Shown in pieces: positions 61,921-64,000 of a DNA stretch of 64,000 nt (position 1 is the stretch's first letter; the number at the start of each line of letters is the position of its first letter). A program made the translations under genes and the position numbers. The DNA is taken from assembly GCA_951406725.2 (NCBI GenBank), contig OX597823.1, positions 34,906,001-34,970,000 of the forward strand, in the 5' to 3' direction. Source of the stretch: Octopus vulgaris. Lineage: Eukaryota. Below the pieces are notes generated by a model. That model saw only the letters and a program-made list of their open reading frames with translations, did no database searches and had not been told where the DNA came from.

Positions 61921-64000
61921 AAAATCATACACAAAAAGAAATGTGACAAAGAAACAAAAATAATGAGAGAGCTGGGAAAAAATTGGTGCTATTGAAATTC
62001 AAGGAGTAAGTGATATTGTTTTTAGAATAGCCATTATTAGATAAGCCACGGTACCATCTAAAGTTTCTTCAGTTATCCTTTCATGTTTGTTTTCTGTACT
62101 GACTTGGGTTGAGTGTGTTATCACAGTCCAAGTCAGTTGTTATTCAGAGTTATTGTCCACTTAGACAGGTTGGAACCATATCTTGTTTGTGCTTTCCATT
62201 TTTTGGCATAGCTTCTAAAGTTGGATGACCTTCCTAACACCAACCACTACAGAGTGTACTGGGTGCATTTTATGTCACCAGCACTAGAGAGGGTGTCACA
62301 TCATGAACAACATTCTGTTTGATCGTTTTCATGTCAAAGTACATTTTTATCCTGCTCTAGCATGACCGCAGCCACATGGCTGAAATGAGTAAAAGAGTAG
62401 AAAATTATACCTCATTTGAAAGATCTGGATGTGAACTTCTCATATAGTTTTGATCAAAATCTAACTCCTTCAGTCACCCTGGTATTTCCACCCATTTACA
62501 AAGTTTGTCCTGTTTTCGTTTTTTCTCCTTTTACTGCTGACTGATAGCCTTCATTTTAGATCAGTGCACTGGAGTGTTGTAACTCAATTTGTGTTGAAAA
62601 CCATACAGTCATGATAATGACTGTTTTGTTTCATTTTGATATAAAAATCAATGGAAGTAGGTCAGATAATCATTATGAAATATAAAAGTGAAAATTTTCT
62701 CATTAATTTTCACTTAGAAAAGAAGATATTTTCTTGAAGGTTTTTATATCATAAGGAAGAAAAACTTCTCGCAAATTCTATATGGTCATTGCCAAATCTG
62801 GCTATGATGTGACAAAAAAGCACAAAATCACTAAAGAGGGTGATATACTGACACTACCTGTCAAACTGAGTATTCCTGCACAGTGAGAGATCAAACAGAA
62901 CATGAATCCAAGACTTCAAATATCAAGTTTGAGCCAGGATTTCAATAAATGGACAAACTAATTATTAAGTAAACATATATTTCTGTGAATAGGTGGAAAT
63001 ACCAGGGTGATTGAGGAACCTTGACATTATATAAGTGTTGGATTTTGATCAAAACTATATGAAAATATAGTTAACATCCAGAACTTTCAAATGATATATA
63101 ATTTTCTGTGATAAAAAAGGACTTTGACATGAAAATGATCAAGCAAACATTGAGTACTAAATTGAGCTACATAAGTCTTTTACAGTCCAAACTTAGCTTG
63201 GTATTGACATATTGAGAATGTTGTTTAACCACTCTTGCTGTTTTAACATGTGGAGAGTACCATCTGAATTTTAGCTAGTGGATATTCTTGTGCATGTAAA
63301 TTTCTTTGAGAAATATTGGTCAAATTTCAGCAATAAATATTGTTTTGTAGACTATTAAATCCAATGTGATGCTTTTTTGCTTCCAATTTTGAATACAGTT
63401 GGATTAATTTGTAGTAGTGTTGACATAGTCGTCTTGGGTTGTTTTTTGTTTTTCTCTCTCTCCTACTAATGAGTTTGCTGTAAGTTACAGCAATTTAATT
63501 TATACTTTGATGTTAAAGCAAGGAATTAACTTTCAGATTTTATTTGTTTTTTAATCTAGGTCTACATGTAATTCTGAGAAAGTTGGTTGTGGGATGTACT
63601 AGAAACAACAGCTGAATCTCCCTTAAATCACACACCTTTACATTTGAAAATATTTTCCTTTTTTTTTTCCATCAAAAAAGCTTCTCCCATTGTTTTTAAA
63701 TACATTGTGCATAAAAGAAATTGGCCAAAATCAGTCCAAAAGTGGTGCTTGAAGGGGGGGAAAAGCATCATAAATTTTCAAAAAATTTTTTTCGTAAAAA
63801 GCTTTCCCACATCATTTCTAAGGTCATGGTGGGGAAAAAATGGAGAAAATCCAACTTATGTGAGCATTCTGATCAGAAACTTTGCCATTTATAGCCATTT
63901 TTAATAGTCATTTAGAATCTTATTGAAATGCTATCATGTCCCAAAATTTCATGATTTATTTAGTTCTATACCTACTACAAATGTGCCAAAACTCAACTTC

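Overview
AT-rich, repeat-dense eukaryotic (animal) genomic DNA. The repeat families look like those of Octopus/coleoid cephalopods; this is recognition by eye, not a database result. Two spliced genes point away from each other. GTF3C3 (TFIIIC-102/Tfc4, TPR protein) is on the minus strand with 11 phase-consistent coding exons from ATG 19598 down to 14, and continues off the left edge. An ANKRD13C-like gene is on the plus strand with 4 exons from ATG 32815 to 53892 and is incomplete at its 3' end. The rest is mostly decayed mobile DNA: RTE, CR1-like and RLE (HERO-like, R4/Dong-like) LINEs, three Ty3/Gypsy remnants (one with a tRNA-Trp primer-binding site), Penelope fragments with degenerate hammerhead ribozymes, mariner, piggyBac-like, Academ-like and Helitron-like pieces, several tRNA-derived SINE families and microsatellites. 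Almost all ORFs in the supplied track are spurious or TE fragments. I cannot support a wholly new gene system. The best leads are a GTF3C3 micro-exon that begins with a recursive-splice motif, a twin-primed LINE whose tail matches a local SINE tail, a Penelope terminus carrying Pol III A/B boxes plus a damaged hammerhead next to a ~400-bp hairpin, and several long dsRNA-forming inverted repeats. Exon coordinates were read base by base; TE boundaries are approximate.
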